A stretch of DNA of 64,000 nt from Myxococcota bacterium (GCA_039208735.1 JBCCQY010000001.1:124021-188020), one strand, 5' to 3'. Shown: positions 18,172 through 28,346, numbered from the stretch's first letter. A program made the numbers and translations. Notes: generated from the letters alone by a model not told the origin.

Positions 18172-19158
18172 TCAGGGCCGCTCCGTCCGTTCCTCCGAAC
18201 CCCAGCATCGGACCGTTCCTTCGGTGTGCAAAACACAGACGTGCGTCGAGCCCGCGGCAATCTCGATGGCGGGGTCGATGGCGATGGGCGTCATCGGATG
18301 CATGATCGGATCGGGCGGTCGCCCCAGCTGACCCTGTTCGTTCTGCCCTCCGCAAGTCACGCCGCCGTCGGCATCCAACACGCAAGCGAACCCCCTTCCC
18401 GACACAATGGACTGGGCCGTTCGCACCAAGGGGGGCCGGCGCACGCCATGGTTCGTTCCGCGAGCGCCCCAACCGCCGCGTCCCAGGAGGACCTCGGAGG
18501 TGTCGTAGCCCCAGCAGGCCACCGTCCGATTGGCTTCGCGGACGCACAGTGGCGTCGTGCTTGGCAAGAACGCACGCGGCTTGTGAAGTCCAGGCTCCTG
18601 GCGAACCTCGGCGCTGTCGTCGGGCCATTGGCGACACCGCACGTCACGGTCCTGGAGTGCGCAGATACGGGTCCCCACGACGGTAAGGTCTCGCACACTT
18701 TCGAGCGCGGGCCAGTCCCAGACTCGTGGCGCAGACATCGCTTGAGGATGGCCGGACTCCACCTGGCAACGCACACGGCCCTCAACCAGACCACAGACGA
18801 GCCTCGTGCACCCAACCCCGCCGTGCATGCCCACGACGCAGCGTTCGGATCCGGCGATGCGCGAGGCTCCCTCCAGCACCTGCACAGGCTGCCAGGTTTG
18901 GTCGAAAAGGCATTGCACGTGGCTGACCTCGTCGAGCACACAAGTCGCCCCGCCGGCCAACACGACCTGTCGGATTCCTTTCGGGGCGAGTTGCCGCAGG
19001 GGTTGGCCAGTGCTCCAGCACCACGCGGCACCCTCACGCAGGCGACAGGTGACGTCGGACCCTGCCACCAGCTGCGGAAATGTCTTGAGGGACGAGGCGG
19101 GTCTCGCACAGGCAATGGCCCCAAGAGCGAGGGCCAAGAGGCACTTCTTCACGATCAA
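18172..19158 (-). CDS. RCC1/BLIP-II repeat lipoprotein
   Basis: Repeats VAG..TC, CWG, CGGQNEQGQLG, IAAGSTHVCVL..GTVRCWG; lipobox AIAC. Confidence 0.8.
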   Translation of the reverse strand: MIVKKCLLALALGAIACARPASSLKTFPQLVAGSDVTCRLREGAAWCWSTGQPLRQLAPKGIRQVVLAGGATCVLDEVSHVQCLFDQTWQPVQVLEGASRIAGSERCVVGMHGGVGCTRLVCGLVEGRVRCQVESGHPQAMSAPRVWDWPALESVRDLTVVGTRICALQDRDVRCRQWPDDSAEVRQEPGLHKPRAFLPSTTPLCVREANRTVACWGYDTSEVLLGRGGWGARGTNHGVRRPPLVRTAQSIVSGRGFACVLDADGGVTCGGQNEQGQLGRPPDPIMHPMTPIAIDPAIEIAAGSTHVCVLHTEGTVRCWGSEERTERP

Positions 19159-19244
19159 GACTCCGCTGGCGAGATACAGCTTAGCAAGGGACCGGGCGCG
19201 CTTCGGGACTCTGTGGTGAATGGACCTTGTGGTAGAAGAGACCT

Positions 19245-19454
19245 ATGAGAGTCCTTTGCATGCTTCTTGTCGCCGCATTCGTCGCGGCATGCGACCCTGC
19301 CACCGACGGGGCCACATTCTGTGCCAACCTCGCGACCCAGAACGAGTCGTGTTGGACGCCCGAACTCGATGCAAGGTGTCTCGACCTCCACGACAAATGC
19401 GGTGGGGACATCGTGACGTTGGAAAGCTGCCCCGTCCAGCTGACATGCAATTAG
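19245..19454 (+). CDS. Small Cys-rich lipoprotein
   Basis: Lipobox VAAC; six further Cys in ~55 aa. Confidence 0.6.
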   Translation: MRVLCMLLVAAFVAACDPATDGATFCANLATQNESCWTPELDARCLDLHDKCGGDIVTLESCPVQLTCN

Positions 19455-19936
19455 CGGACGAATCTGCGGCGGTCCCCGAACATCATTTCGGAAAAAGCGA
19501 ACGGTTGACGTTTTTCTACGTGGGGAAAGACCCGGGAGGGCCCGGGAGACGAGCTACGTGCGCGCTATCGGAACTCAATGAGTGCGGCCGGCGGCGAGCG
19601 TTAGGGCAAGCGGCGGGCTGCTGCTCGACGGGCTCAACGAGACGCGTCTTGCGTACGCAGCTCCTCTCTCGGAGGGTGGCGCCACGACCACCGTCGCGAC
19701 GCACTGAGGGGCTAGTATTCACAATCCGCCAACTCTGCCGCCGATGAATTTTGTTGCGCAGTGATCATTTGTTCATATCATTGGTAATAATGATGGTATT
19801 TCCTTGAGATAAGGAAATGTCTCGGTTTTTCGATCGTCTTTGATCCGCCGTTGGCTCGGTCCATGCGACACGACGTGCGCCTTGGGTCATCTTTCCCCCA
19901 AGACTTGTCAGGCCGGCTATCCTGGGGCTCTGCAAA

Positions 19937-20280
19937 TGATGACGGGATTCCCAATCTGCACGATCTACGGCCGCAAGATGAGGATTGGCCAGGGAGTGCT
20001 CGCTCCGAGAGTGTCTACGCGCACACGTCGAGCCGACTCTATCGCTTCTCGGTAAAGGACCGCGCGCTTGGGGAAATCGGTTTGTTTTTGGGCCCAAGCC
20101 AGGTCACCGATCTTGCGATCGACCGCCATGGCGTGTTGTACGCAACGTCCTTCCTGATCTGTGCATTTGCCACCCCGAGACCGCGTTGTGTCGAGAGACG
20201 AGCCCCCTTCCGGTGGGAGGCAACGGGCTCACCTTCCTTCCGCGTGGCACCGTCGAGCCAGAGGGCGACTCCTTGCGCGA
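19937..20280 (+). pseudogene. Frameshifted fragment of a myxobacterial beta-propeller-like surface protein
   Basis: VYAHTSSRLY...VTDLAIDRHGVLYATSF in one frame continues as DLCICHPETALC...GNGLTFLP in another frame at ~20151. Confidence 0.55.
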
Positions 20281-20305
20281 GTCTGATCACCGCTGGCCTT
20301 CGGCG

Positions 20306-21364
20306 CTACGCGGCTCCTAGGTGGGTTTGGAGTTGCTGGAAGTTCGCTCCGAGTTCCCCATCGGGAAGGGCCTGGCCATCGAGCCAGCGCTCATCTCCGT
20401 CGAGGCTGGCCAAGAGGCGGGCCGCGAGCCAGTGCCATCCGCGGGTCTCGGGGCGGTCCGGCCCTTCGAGGACACGGATGGCGACTCGGCGAGCGTGGTC
20501 TGGGCGACCGCCTCGTGCCGTGTGGAGCGCATGGTAGGTGCGGGTCTGGGCCACCAGGCGATGGTCTTGCACAGCTTCAAAGCGCATCGCGGCCTGGGTG
20601 GCCAGCCGTTCGGCCGCGGGGTCGCCTTCCTCCCAACCCAGCCAAGCCCGATGCAACCACACCATCGCCTGGGCATAAGGCTGATGTTTCACCGCCTCGG
20701 AAGCCCGGTTCAGCTCCTCGGCCCGTTGGCATTTCGTGGGCGCCATCAGGGCTCCCAGCAGATGTAGGCGGTGGGCGGCCCGTCGGCCCCAGGGGGTTGG
20801 TGGTTGAGGCTGAAGGCAACGCCACCCTTTTTCGAGGGCCTGCGACGCGGCTCCCGCATTGTGTCGCCAAACGGCTAGAAGCGCAATTCGTCCGTGAATG
20901 AACGCTTCCGTGGAGGGCGCGAGGGGACCGCTGGCTCCGTGGAGCAGGGCCTCGCACACCGACCAGCAGGCGGAGGGGGCCACGGGTGCGAGCGCCTCCG
21001 CCGTTCGAACTGCGCCCTCCTGGCTGATCGCCGTGAGCGTCGGATCTTGGAGGGGACGCCCTCCGAGCAGCCGGTAGCCTCGGCCCCGACGAGTGACGAG
21101 GTGAGTCGGATGGGCAGGATGAGGCTCGAGTTTCTGTCGGAGGCGATGGACGATCGTGGCCACGGTGTGGGTTTGGAGATCACGACGGACGTTCCACACC
21201 TGCTCAAGCAACTCCTCGGCGGCTACCGCGCGATCCGCGTGGGTCCAGAGGTAGCGCAGCACCCGGGCTTCCAACGGGGTGAGTCGCTCGATGCGTGGGC
21301 CCCGTTGCACCAGGCGCGCGTCCAGCCAGACCACCGTTTCTCCAAGGCCAATGACTTCGGTCAT
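20306..21364 (-). CDS. OmpR/PhoB-type winged-helix regulator with helical (TPR-like) C-terminus
   Basis: LTPLEARVLRYL, EELLEQVW, VHRLRQKLE.HP.HP.HLVT.RGRGY. Confidence 0.8.
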   Translation of the reverse strand: MTEVIGLGETVVWLDARLVQRGPRIERLTPLEARVLRYLWTHADRAVAAEELLEQVWNVRRDLQTHTVATIVHRLRQKLEPHPAHPTHLVTRRGRGYRLLGGRPLQDPTLTAISQEGAVRTAEALAPVAPSACWSVCEALLHGASGPLAPSTEAFIHGRIALLAVWRHNAGAASQALEKGWRCLQPQPPTPWGRRAAHRLHLLGALMAPTKCQRAEELNRASEAVKHQPYAQAMVWLHRAWLGWEEGDPAAERLATQAAMRFEAVQDHRLVAQTRTYHALHTARGGRPDHARRVAIRVLEGPDRPETRGWHWLAARLLASLDGDERWLDGQALPDGELGANFQQLQTHLGAA

Positions 21365-21456
21365 GCGCTCTCCTGGGAAGTTCAACGAAGTTCACAAAGG
21401 CACCTTGCCCCTGGCTAACCGCTCGTAGTCGCGGAACTCCGGGGGTGGGAGGCTCC

Positions 21457-22974
21457 GTGACATCCTTGTTCTTCCTGTTGGCCTGTGTTGCCACCCCCGA
21501 CGTGGTTGACCCTCCGCCGGCTCCGATCGAGCCGGATTGGACGCCTTGTGATCTGGTGGACGGATCTGCGGATGGGGCTGCGCAGTGCGCGTCGGTCCAG
21601 GTGCCGCTCGACCATGACGCACCCTCGGGGCGCTCCATTGCGCTGCGACTCAAGCGACTCCGAGCCCCGTCCCGGCCCGCAACCCGTCAATTGTGGTGGC
21701 TGCACGGTGGTCCAGGGGCCAAGGGAACCGAAGCCTTGGCTGGATGGGCCTGGTTGCAAGAGATGGACGCCTCGCTAGAGCTGATCACGCTCGATCACCG
21801 GGGTACCGGCGGGTCGACCCGACTTTCGTGCCCGGATCAAGAAGCGGCGAAGAGCGATCGAGGCGCTTGGGTCACGGTCGACGAGGCGGCGGCCTGCGGA
21901 CAAGCGCTCGTCGATGCGTGGGGCGAGGACCTCCACCGGATGACCGTAGATCAGGCAGCCCGGGATGTGGCCCGACTGGCGAGAGACCTTCGACGCGATC
22001 GAGTCGACGAGGTGATTGTGCTGGGCGCATCCTACGGGACCTACTGGGCCCATCGCGTACTCCAGCTAGACCCGGAAAGTGTGGATGTTGCATGGCTTTC
22101 GGCCATGGTGGCCCCGATGGCAACCCTGCACACCGTCGATGCCCGGATGAACGAAGTGTTCGACGTGGTGTTGGAGCGCTGCAAGACGGAGCCCGTGTGT
22201 CTTGCGAACCTGGGTCCCGATCCGCGGGCGCGCGTGGCTGCGCTTCACGAACGCCTGGACCAGGGGCACTGTGACGGGCTCGTGAGTCGGCGCTTGTTGC
22301 AGGAGGTTTCTGGGGAGGCGTTGATGAACCCGGTCATCCGGTCGGCGTTGTTGCCCATGATCGCGCGCCTTGATCGGTGTGATGAAGCGGACGTGGGGCC
22401 CATTGTCCGATGGTTCGATCGGGCGTTTGGCATCGGTGCGGTCGTGGCCGAGGCGTCTTCGACCTTGCCGATCGATCCGCCGGCGCTGTACCACTTTGGA
22501 ACGAGCGAGATGCTCACGGGTCTTGACGATGCTGATGCGCTCGAAGACGATTTTGCTCGGTATCTTGCCGCGACCGGCAGGGGGACTGAACTCGCACGAA
22601 TCGCCGAGGACTGGCCACGGTACCCTGCGCCGGAGGGCCGTTCCTCTCCCGCGGCGTTCGACGGTCCGATGTTGCTGATGCACGGGACGTTGGACCCCAC
22701 GGTGGCGCCTGCGGATCTCGCTCCGCTTTTCGATACCTTTCAAGGACCGGAGCGCCAGTCCTTTGTCTTCGAAGGGGCCGCCCACACCATCGTTGGGGGC
22801 ACCGGAATCCCTGGCACGGTCGACTGTGCATCGGTGATTCTTCAGACGTGGCTCTCCGGTGACCGAAGCGAGCGCCCCAGCTGCTTTGGGGAACACGACC
22901 TCCTTCGGGTGGTGCCAAACGACGTGGCCAGAGACTTCTTCTTCGGCGGGGAGGCATGGCCGATCGCGCCATGA
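21457..22974 (+). CDS. Alpha/beta hydrolase, TAP-like peptidase/esterase, lipoprotein
   Basis: GGAGG RBS; CASVQVPLDH, LHGGPG, DHRGTG, GASYG, GTLDP, GAAH. Confidence 0.88.
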   Translation: MTSLFFLLACVATPDVVDPPPAPIEPDWTPCDLVDGSADGAAQCASVQVPLDHDAPSGRSIALRLKRLRAPSRPATRQLWWLHGGPGAKGTEALAGWAWLQEMDASLELITLDHRGTGGSTRLSCPDQEAAKSDRGAWVTVDEAAACGQALVDAWGEDLHRMTVDQAARDVARLARDLRRDRVDEVIVLGASYGTYWAHRVLQLDPESVDVAWLSAMVAPMATLHTVDARMNEVFDVVLERCKTEPVCLANLGPDPRARVAALHERLDQGHCDGLVSRRLLQEVSGEALMNPVIRSALLPMIARLDRCDEADVGPIVRWFDRAFGIGAVVAEASSTLPIDPPALYHFGTSEMLTGLDDADALEDDFARYLAATGRGTELARIAEDWPRYPAPEGRSSPAAFDGPMLLMHGTLDPTVAPADLAPLFDTFQGPERQSFVFEGAAHTIVGGTGIPGTVDCASVILQTWLSGDRSERPSCFGEHDLLRVVPNDVARDFFFGGEAWPIAP

Positions 22975-22977
22975 CGC

Positions 22978-23871
22978 TCATCGCCCCGGTGCAGGGTCGT
23001 GGAGGGTGGCCGGGGGACCGAACAACAGCCGTTGACGCTCTGCCCAATCCTTGGCGGTGACCCATCGCCGACCGAGCTTCACCCACACCGAGAAGTGAAC
23101 CCAGAACGGGTGATGACTCTCGACCCGGTGCACCAACCCGTAGTCCACCGGCGTCACTTCGGGCGCGTAGGTTCCAAACAGACGGTCCCAAATCATCAAG
23201 ATGCCGCCGTAATTGCGGTCGAGGTACTCGGGGTTCCGGCCGTGGTGGACGCGGTGGTTGGATGGGGTGTTGAGCCAGCCATCGAGCCAAGGCAAACGGC
23301 CGATCGTCTCGGTGTGAATCCACTGCTGCCAGGCAAGCACGAGTCCGTAGCTGCTCACCACGAGCAGGGGATGAAAGCCCAGCCCGACCATGATGAACAG
23401 AATCGCCAGGGCAGGCCAGTTGAGGAGGTGTTCGGTGAAGCTAAGGCGTGCTCCGACGGTCTGATCGAAGTGGTTTGCCGAGTGATGCGTGGCATGAAAG
23501 CTCGCCCAGAACCAGTTGACTTCATGACCAAGCCGATGCTCCCAGTAGTAGCCGAAGTCGACCAGAAGCACGCACGCGAGGGCGGTGAACCAGGTGGTGG
23601 GGATGGACCAAGGGACGAACGCTGCCACCCCCATCAGGGCGAGGGCGGAACCGCCACCCACCGCGGTTTGAACCAATCCGTAGGGAATGGTGCAGAACAG
23701 GTTGGTGAGCATGCCACGAACGCGAGAACCGTCGAGCTTGCCACGAGACCACAGTTGCCACACTTCGATCGCGAAGATCGGCAGTGCGATGAGCACGAGT
23801 GCGGCGATGAGACCCTCGACCATCGTGTAGAAGCCTGCTGGCGCGCTGGCATCCGTGAACCCTCCTTCCAT
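22978..23871 (-). CDS. Sterol desaturase/fatty acid hydroxylase family (alkylglycerol monooxygenase-like)
   Basis: His boxes YWEHRLGH, HATHHS, WIHT, TPSNHRVHHG; NYGGILMIWDRLFGT. Confidence 0.9.
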   Translation of the reverse strand: MEGGFTDASAPAGFYTMVEGLIAALVLIALPIFAIEVWQLWSRGKLDGSRVRGMLTNLFCTIPYGLVQTAVGGGSALALMGVAAFVPWSIPTTWFTALACVLLVDFGYYWEHRLGHEVNWFWASFHATHHSANHFDQTVGARLSFTEHLLNWPALAILFIMVGLGFHPLLVVSSYGLVLAWQQWIHTETIGRLPWLDGWLNTPSNHRVHHGRNPEYLDRNYGGILMIWDRLFGTYAPEVTPVDYGLVHRVESHHPFWVHFSVWVKLGRRWVTAKDWAERQRLLFGPPATLHDPAPGR

Positions 23872-23887
23872 TGATGTCTCCATTAAG

Positions 23888-23905
23888 AGAGCGAACGTTC
23901 GCTCT
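23888..23905. promoter_or_regulatory. Perfect 18-bp palindrome, probable TetR operator
   Basis: AGAGCGAACGTTCGCTCT between divergent desaturase and TetR genes. Confidence 0.75.
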
Positions 23906-23939
23906 ATTTTTGGGTTAGCCTTCGCAAGGAGCTTCCGCC

Positions 23940-24536
23940 ATGCCAAGAACCAGAAATGAGGCGGCTCATCGCGCCACCCGAACGCGAATTTTGGAGGCGG
24001 CACAAGGGTTGTTTGCGCGACAGGGCTTTCAGGGAACCGGAATGGCCGCGATCTGTGAGGCGGTTGGGATGAGCCCGGGCACCCTCTACCGGTACTTCCC
24101 TTCGAAGGACGCCATTATCGAAGCGTTCGTGGAAGAGGAGTTGGCGGAGTCCCTCGCCTCACTTGAGCCTCTCCTTGAAGCCAAGAACGTGGTGGCGGTG
24201 TTGGTTGACCTGATCGACGAAGCGGTGGTGGCGGCCTCAGACCCTGAGTACATCGCAGTCGCCACTGAGGTCGTCGCGGAAGCCCACCGCAACTCCACCG
24301 TGGGGGCGCACGTGGCAACCCTCCAGCAGACCGTGTTTCGGACGCTCGCGGCGGCTCTCGAGCGGGCTCGAGGGACGGGTGCCATCGATGCCGAGGTCGA
24401 CGTAGAAGCGGCCGCGGCCACGTTCCTTGCCCTGATCGATGGCGCGACGACCCTGGGGGCTTCCATCGGTGAGCTTGGCGCGCCACGGCGCCGCGCGTTT
24501 CTCGATCGACTCGTCCGTCGAACGTTGGGGGCCTGA
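23940..24536 (+). CDS. TetR/AcrR family transcriptional regulator
   Basis: RILEAAQGLFARQGF..TGM..IC..VGMSPGTLYRYFPSKDAII. Confidence 0.93.
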   Translation: MPRTRNEAAHRATRTRILEAAQGLFARQGFQGTGMAAICEAVGMSPGTLYRYFPSKDAIIEAFVEEELAESLASLEPLLEAKNVVAVLVDLIDEAVVAASDPEYIAVATEVVAEAHRNSTVGAHVATLQQTVFRTLAAALERARGTGAIDAEVDVEAAAATFLALIDGATTLGASIGELGAPRRRAFLDRLVRRTLGA

Positions 24537-24637
24537 TGTCTCGATGGCCTACCTCGCTGCGGCGGACGGCGTTGATTCGGGCTCCGTCTACTTCGTTGAT
24601 AGACACGTACCGAGGACCTCTGCATGAATGACCCACG
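24422..24637 (+). repeat. Direct repeat copy A (TetR 3' end plus start of VOC gene)
   Basis: 24422-24527 matches 39453-39558 (6 mismatches in 106 by hand); 24614-24637 matches 39560-39583. Confidence 0.9.
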
Positions 24638-24992
24638 CCCGTTGGCCGCAACTGGCCATCTCTTCCTACGCGCATTGGGCGCCCGCGCGGCAGCCGATCG
24701 ACTGATCGCCGTGGGGGTTCGACAGATCATGGTCCGAGACACCTTTGCGGTGCTTGAACTCCGCGGGGGAACGCACATCGTCGTTCGTGAGGCCGACGAT
24801 GATGGCCTTCAAGATGCTGCGTTTGACCTGATGTTTGACGATCTCGATGCCGCCCATGAACGCTTTCGGGAGCAGGGTTTCGAGGTGACTGAAATCGAAA
24901 CAGGTCGGATTCATCGCAGCTTCTACGCGACGGCCCCTGAGCGCTTTCGGATTCAGGTGCTCGACTCTCACGTCGGGAATCGCGTAGTCTGA
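24624..24992 (+). CDS. VOC/glyoxalase-like protein
   Basis: GH.FLR, AVLELRGGTHIV, FDLMFDDLDAAH, GRIHRSF. Confidence 0.75.
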   Translation: MNDPRPLAATGHLFLRALGARAAADRLIAVGVRQIMVRDTFAVLELRGGTHIVVREADDDGLQDAAFDLMFDDLDAAHERFREQGFEVTEIETGRIHRSFYATAPERFRIQVLDSHVGNRVV

Positions 24993-25066
24993 CCTCGCAT
25001 GTTCACCGTTCCCACCTGGGCCATCGAGACGCCACAGGGGCTCGCGTCCGGTGGCCAACAACGTCG

Positions 25067-28000
25067 CTAGCGCCGGCTGGTGTTGTCGGAGGGGCTTCGC
25101 TCGTAGGACGACCAGCGGTCGAGGAGGAGGGGGCCACCGGTGGGACGGTACGGTGCGACTCCGTCGGAGACCGGGTCCCAGCCCCCGTCACGCCATACCT
25201 CCCGCGTTCCCGTGGCGTCGCCCGCCACATCGACGACGATGTCCGAGGCACGCGGGGGGCCGAGCATCGACCCGCGTAGCGCCTGCTCCGGGCCGGACTG
25301 GCGGGCCGCCGCAAGTAGTGCCGCGATTGAGTCGGGCGTCTGATCCGCGGTCCAGCTGAGGGCGGCGAGCGGTAAGTAGGAACGGGTCCAGCCACTGGTT
25401 GAGGCCGACCCTACGTCGAGGATCGGGTCCGTGCTGCCCGCCATCTCGAGTGCCACCGCATTCGACTCGCGCTCCAGGACCGCCTGCAGTGCACCGTCGC
25501 CGTCAAGGTCGCCGAGGCCGAGCAGGCCCGCCGCTCGTGCAACGCCCCGCGACAGCCATGTTCCCGCGGGGGTTGCGCGGAGATCGGCGCGGGTGGTCAG
25601 GTGGGCCTCGACCAACGCCTCGGCGAGGGTGACCCGCCGGAGCTGACGGCCGACGCCCTCGGCTGCTGCGTCCCAGCCATGGTCCTCCGGCAGCCAGAGT
25701 GTGGTGCCTACGACTGCGGGTGAGCCGAGCCCGCGGGGGGCGGCGACGATACGGTCGACAGGGTTGAGTTCGCCGATTCGGGCGGCGAGCACCGGCGCCA
25801 GTGCATCGAGATCTTCGACGACCTCGGCCGCCGTCGTCGTGAGCACTGGGTCAGCGTTCACGATTCGCCCGGCGATAGGCAGGTCCTCGGCAACTGTCGA
25901 CCACGTGGCGACGAAGTCGAGCGGACCCGATGTGCTTCCGTTCGCGATGGCCTCCCCACTGGCCAGCGTGATTTGCCAGCTCCAGTCCCCCGGAGGAGCG
26001 ACGCCACGTGCCGGAACGACGTGCGAGGCCGCTGGAAACGCCAGCGCATCGGGAAGCCCCAGTTCCTGCCGCTCGGTCGGGCGACGGACGACGCGGTCGA
26101 GGTCGAGACCGAGCCTTGGCAGCGCATGTTCGGCGCGCAGCCACACGCCCCGAGGGTCCGTCCAGCTCGGCTCGCCCTCGGCGTCCCAGCCCCGAGGATC
26201 GATGAAGAAGGAGACGTCGACCTCGCACGCCGCACGTTCGCAGCCCGGGAGGGCGATGGCCAGGTGTTCGAACTCGATCGTGGTCGCCGCGGCCCGACCG
26301 TCCACCTGCACCGTGCCAAGGACGAAGTCGTCGGGCAACTCGGCGTGGAGTGCCGGACCGCGCACCCCCCGCAGCGTCCACCGCCCTTCGGCGCGACCCC
26401 CCGGCGTGAGCGTGAGCGTCACATGGCCGCCCGCGACGTCGACGGGAGCTCCCTGGGCGAGCCAGCGTGCTTCCCATGCTGCGTCCTCGGCGATGGCATT
26501 GGCTGGACTTAGGTACCCGCCCTCGTCGACGAGGCGCACCTGGAGAAGCGAGAACGTCACCCCGAACACCACGGTACTTCCGGCGAGTAGGGCCCCCGAC
26601 CCCCCTCGCAGACGACGCCCGGCGTGGGCCAACGTCGGCCGCGGTCCTGTCTCCACTCCCCGCGGAGTCACGAGCGCCGCAACGCCGAACAGGAGCCCCG
26701 CCACCGCCAGCTTGAAGGCCCCGGAGACGGCGAGGTAGCCCGCCCACGGCACCATGCCGGTGAGCCCGGAGAGCGTGGTGCTGACCGGAATGCCGAACTT
26801 GAAAGGCGGGTAGGTGACGACGCCGAGTTCGTTGTTGATGATGAAGACGAAGGCCATGAGCATGCCAATTGCATAGGCTTGGCCGGCGGGTCGGATCAGG
26901 GCGTGGGCGAGGTACATCAGCGCGCAGAGTTCGAGCGTAGCGGGGAAGAACACGCCCGCGGCGTAGAGCACCGAAGTTCCTACCGATACGCTCGCCGGCT
27001 CCGCGAGCAGCGAGACCACGACGCTGACCACCGCGGTGGTGGCGCACAGCAGGGCCGTCAGTCCGATCGCCGCTCCGACCCGTGCGAACTGCCGAACCCC
27101 CTCCGGGGCCGGGGTCGCGTCCACTACCTCGGACAGCCCCACGTGGTCGTCGCTCCGCGCGACGGCCCCGACCGTGCCAGCCAGGAGGAGGACGACGATC
27201 ATGAACGAGAATTCGATCAGCATGGGGAGAACGAGGGCGGGTCGAGCGAGAAGCGGCCCGTCGGCGTGTCCCACGATGTGGACGAACGACCCTGCGAGAC
27301 CCAACGTGGCCCACAAGACGCCCGCGATCCGGACGCCCCGGTTGCGCAGCATGCCGCCCATCTGCCAGCCGAGTTCGGCCCAAAACGCCTTCCCCCACGA
27401 CGGGGCGGTGACGCGACCGGGCAGTGACGCGGTCGACGCTGCAGTCGTGGAGAATGCGTCGTTGGCGATGGGTCGCGGCCGCTCACGACCGAGCACGAGC
27501 GTCTCACGGGTCACTCGAGCCAGGGTGAAGCCGAGCAGTACGACGGGGGCCAGGCCCCACACGAGCCGGTTGACGAGGAGTGCGGGAGTCAGCGCGAGCA
27601 GCGAGATCCTCTTCTCGGCCGGCGTCCAGGCCAGCACCTGGTGCTCGGCCTCGCCGAACGCACTCGGGTCGAGCACGGTGGCCCAGAACAGGTCGACGTC
27701 GCCGCCCCTCAGCAACACCATCGCGGCCATCCACAACACCATGAGCACCACCGCCGTGCCGATAGGTCCAGCCGTGCTGCGCGTGCGGATGGCGGCCATC
27801 AGGTAGATCGCACCGAGGCCCGCAGCGCTCGGAAGCGTGAAGACGAGGTGCGACTGTACGATCGCGCCCCACTGTACGGGGCCGAAGGAGCCCTCGGGGA
27901 GCGCGCCGACAATTTCGAGGATCGGCGCGACGAAGAAGCCGAGGGTGGTCGACAGCCCAAGGAGGCTCGCCGCCGCCACGGCTCCCAACCACCGACCCAC

Positions 28001-28312
28001 CAACAGCGCCCGAAGCGACAGAGGAGCGGCGAGCACGATCTCGTGGAGGTCCGCGGCTCGATCGCGGGCCACCGACTGGCCGAACAGCCATGCCCACACG
28101 AAGAAGAGCCAGAAAAGCTGGCCTGGAGCCATCAGGTGGATGAGGCTCGCTGCGTTTCGCGGCAGGCCGACCGCCCCCATGTCGGTAAGGTACTTCGAGT
28201 TCGTCAGGATCAGGACGATGTACGAACTCAAGCCCAAGAAGGCGATCGGAAACACTCCACTGCGCAGGAGGGCTCTCAACTCGGCCCGAGCCTCCCCGAG
28301 AAGTGTCTGCAT
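25067..28312 (-). CDS. ABC-2-type permease fused to a degenerate M1-aminopeptidase-like domain
   Basis: Two permease-like halves (RDR...EIVLAAPLS; RSDD...EVVDATP), LDP.AFG, WT.AEK, LLVNRL; large soluble C-terminus lacking HExxH. Confidence 0.75.
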   Translation of the reverse strand: MQTLLGEARAELRALLRSGVFPIAFLGLSSYIVLILTNSKYLTDMGAVGLPRNAASLIHLMAPGQLFWLFFVWAWLFGQSVARDRAADLHEIVLAAPLSLRALLVGRWLGAVAAASLLGLSTTLGFFVAPILEIVGALPEGSFGPVQWGAIVQSHLVFTLPSAAGLGAIYLMAAIRTRSTAGPIGTAVVLMVLWMAAMVLLRGGDVDLFWATVLDPSAFGEAEHQVLAWTPAEKRISLLALTPALLVNRLVWGLAPVVLLGFTLARVTRETLVLGRERPRPIANDAFSTTAASTASLPGRVTAPSWGKAFWAELGWQMGGMLRNRGVRIAGVLWATLGLAGSFVHIVGHADGPLLARPALVLPMLIEFSFMIVVLLLAGTVGAVARSDDHVGLSEVVDATPAPEGVRQFARVGAAIGLTALLCATTAVVSVVVSLLAEPASVSVGTSVLYAAGVFFPATLELCALMYLAHALIRPAGQAYAIGMLMAFVFIINNELGVVTYPPFKFGIPVSTTLSGLTGMVPWAGYLAVSGAFKLAVAGLLFGVAALVTPRGVETGPRPTLAHAGRRLRGGSGALLAGSTVVFGVTFSLLQVRLVDEGGYLSPANAIAEDAAWEARWLAQGAPVDVAGGHVTLTLTPGGRAEGRWTLRGVRGPALHAELPDDFVLGTVQVDGRAAATTIEFEHLAIALPGCERAACEVDVSFFIDPRGWDAEGEPSWTDPRGVWLRAEHALPRLGLDLDRVVRRPTERQELGLPDALAFPAASHVVPARGVAPPGDWSWQITLASGEAIANGSTSGPLDFVATWSTVAEDLPIAGRIVNADPVLTTTAAEVVEDLDALAPVLAARIGELNPVDRIVAAPRGLGSPAVVGTTLWLPEDHGWDAAAEGVGRQLRRVTLAEALVEAHLTTRADLRATPAGTWLSRGVARAAGLLGLGDLDGDGALQAVLERESNAVALEMAGSTDPILDVGSASTSGWTRSYLPLAALSWTADQTPDSIAALLAAARQSGPEQALRGSMLGPPRASDIVVDVAGDATGTREVWRDGGWDPVSDGVAPYRPTGGPLLLDRWSSYERSPSDNTSRR

Positions 28313-28346
28313 CGGAGTCAACGTGCACCTCATGCATGATGTGGCA

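Noticed and set aside
19765..19830. Xer dif site or replication origin in the AT-rich patch
   Set aside because: No match to XerC/XerD arms and no DnaA-box cluster
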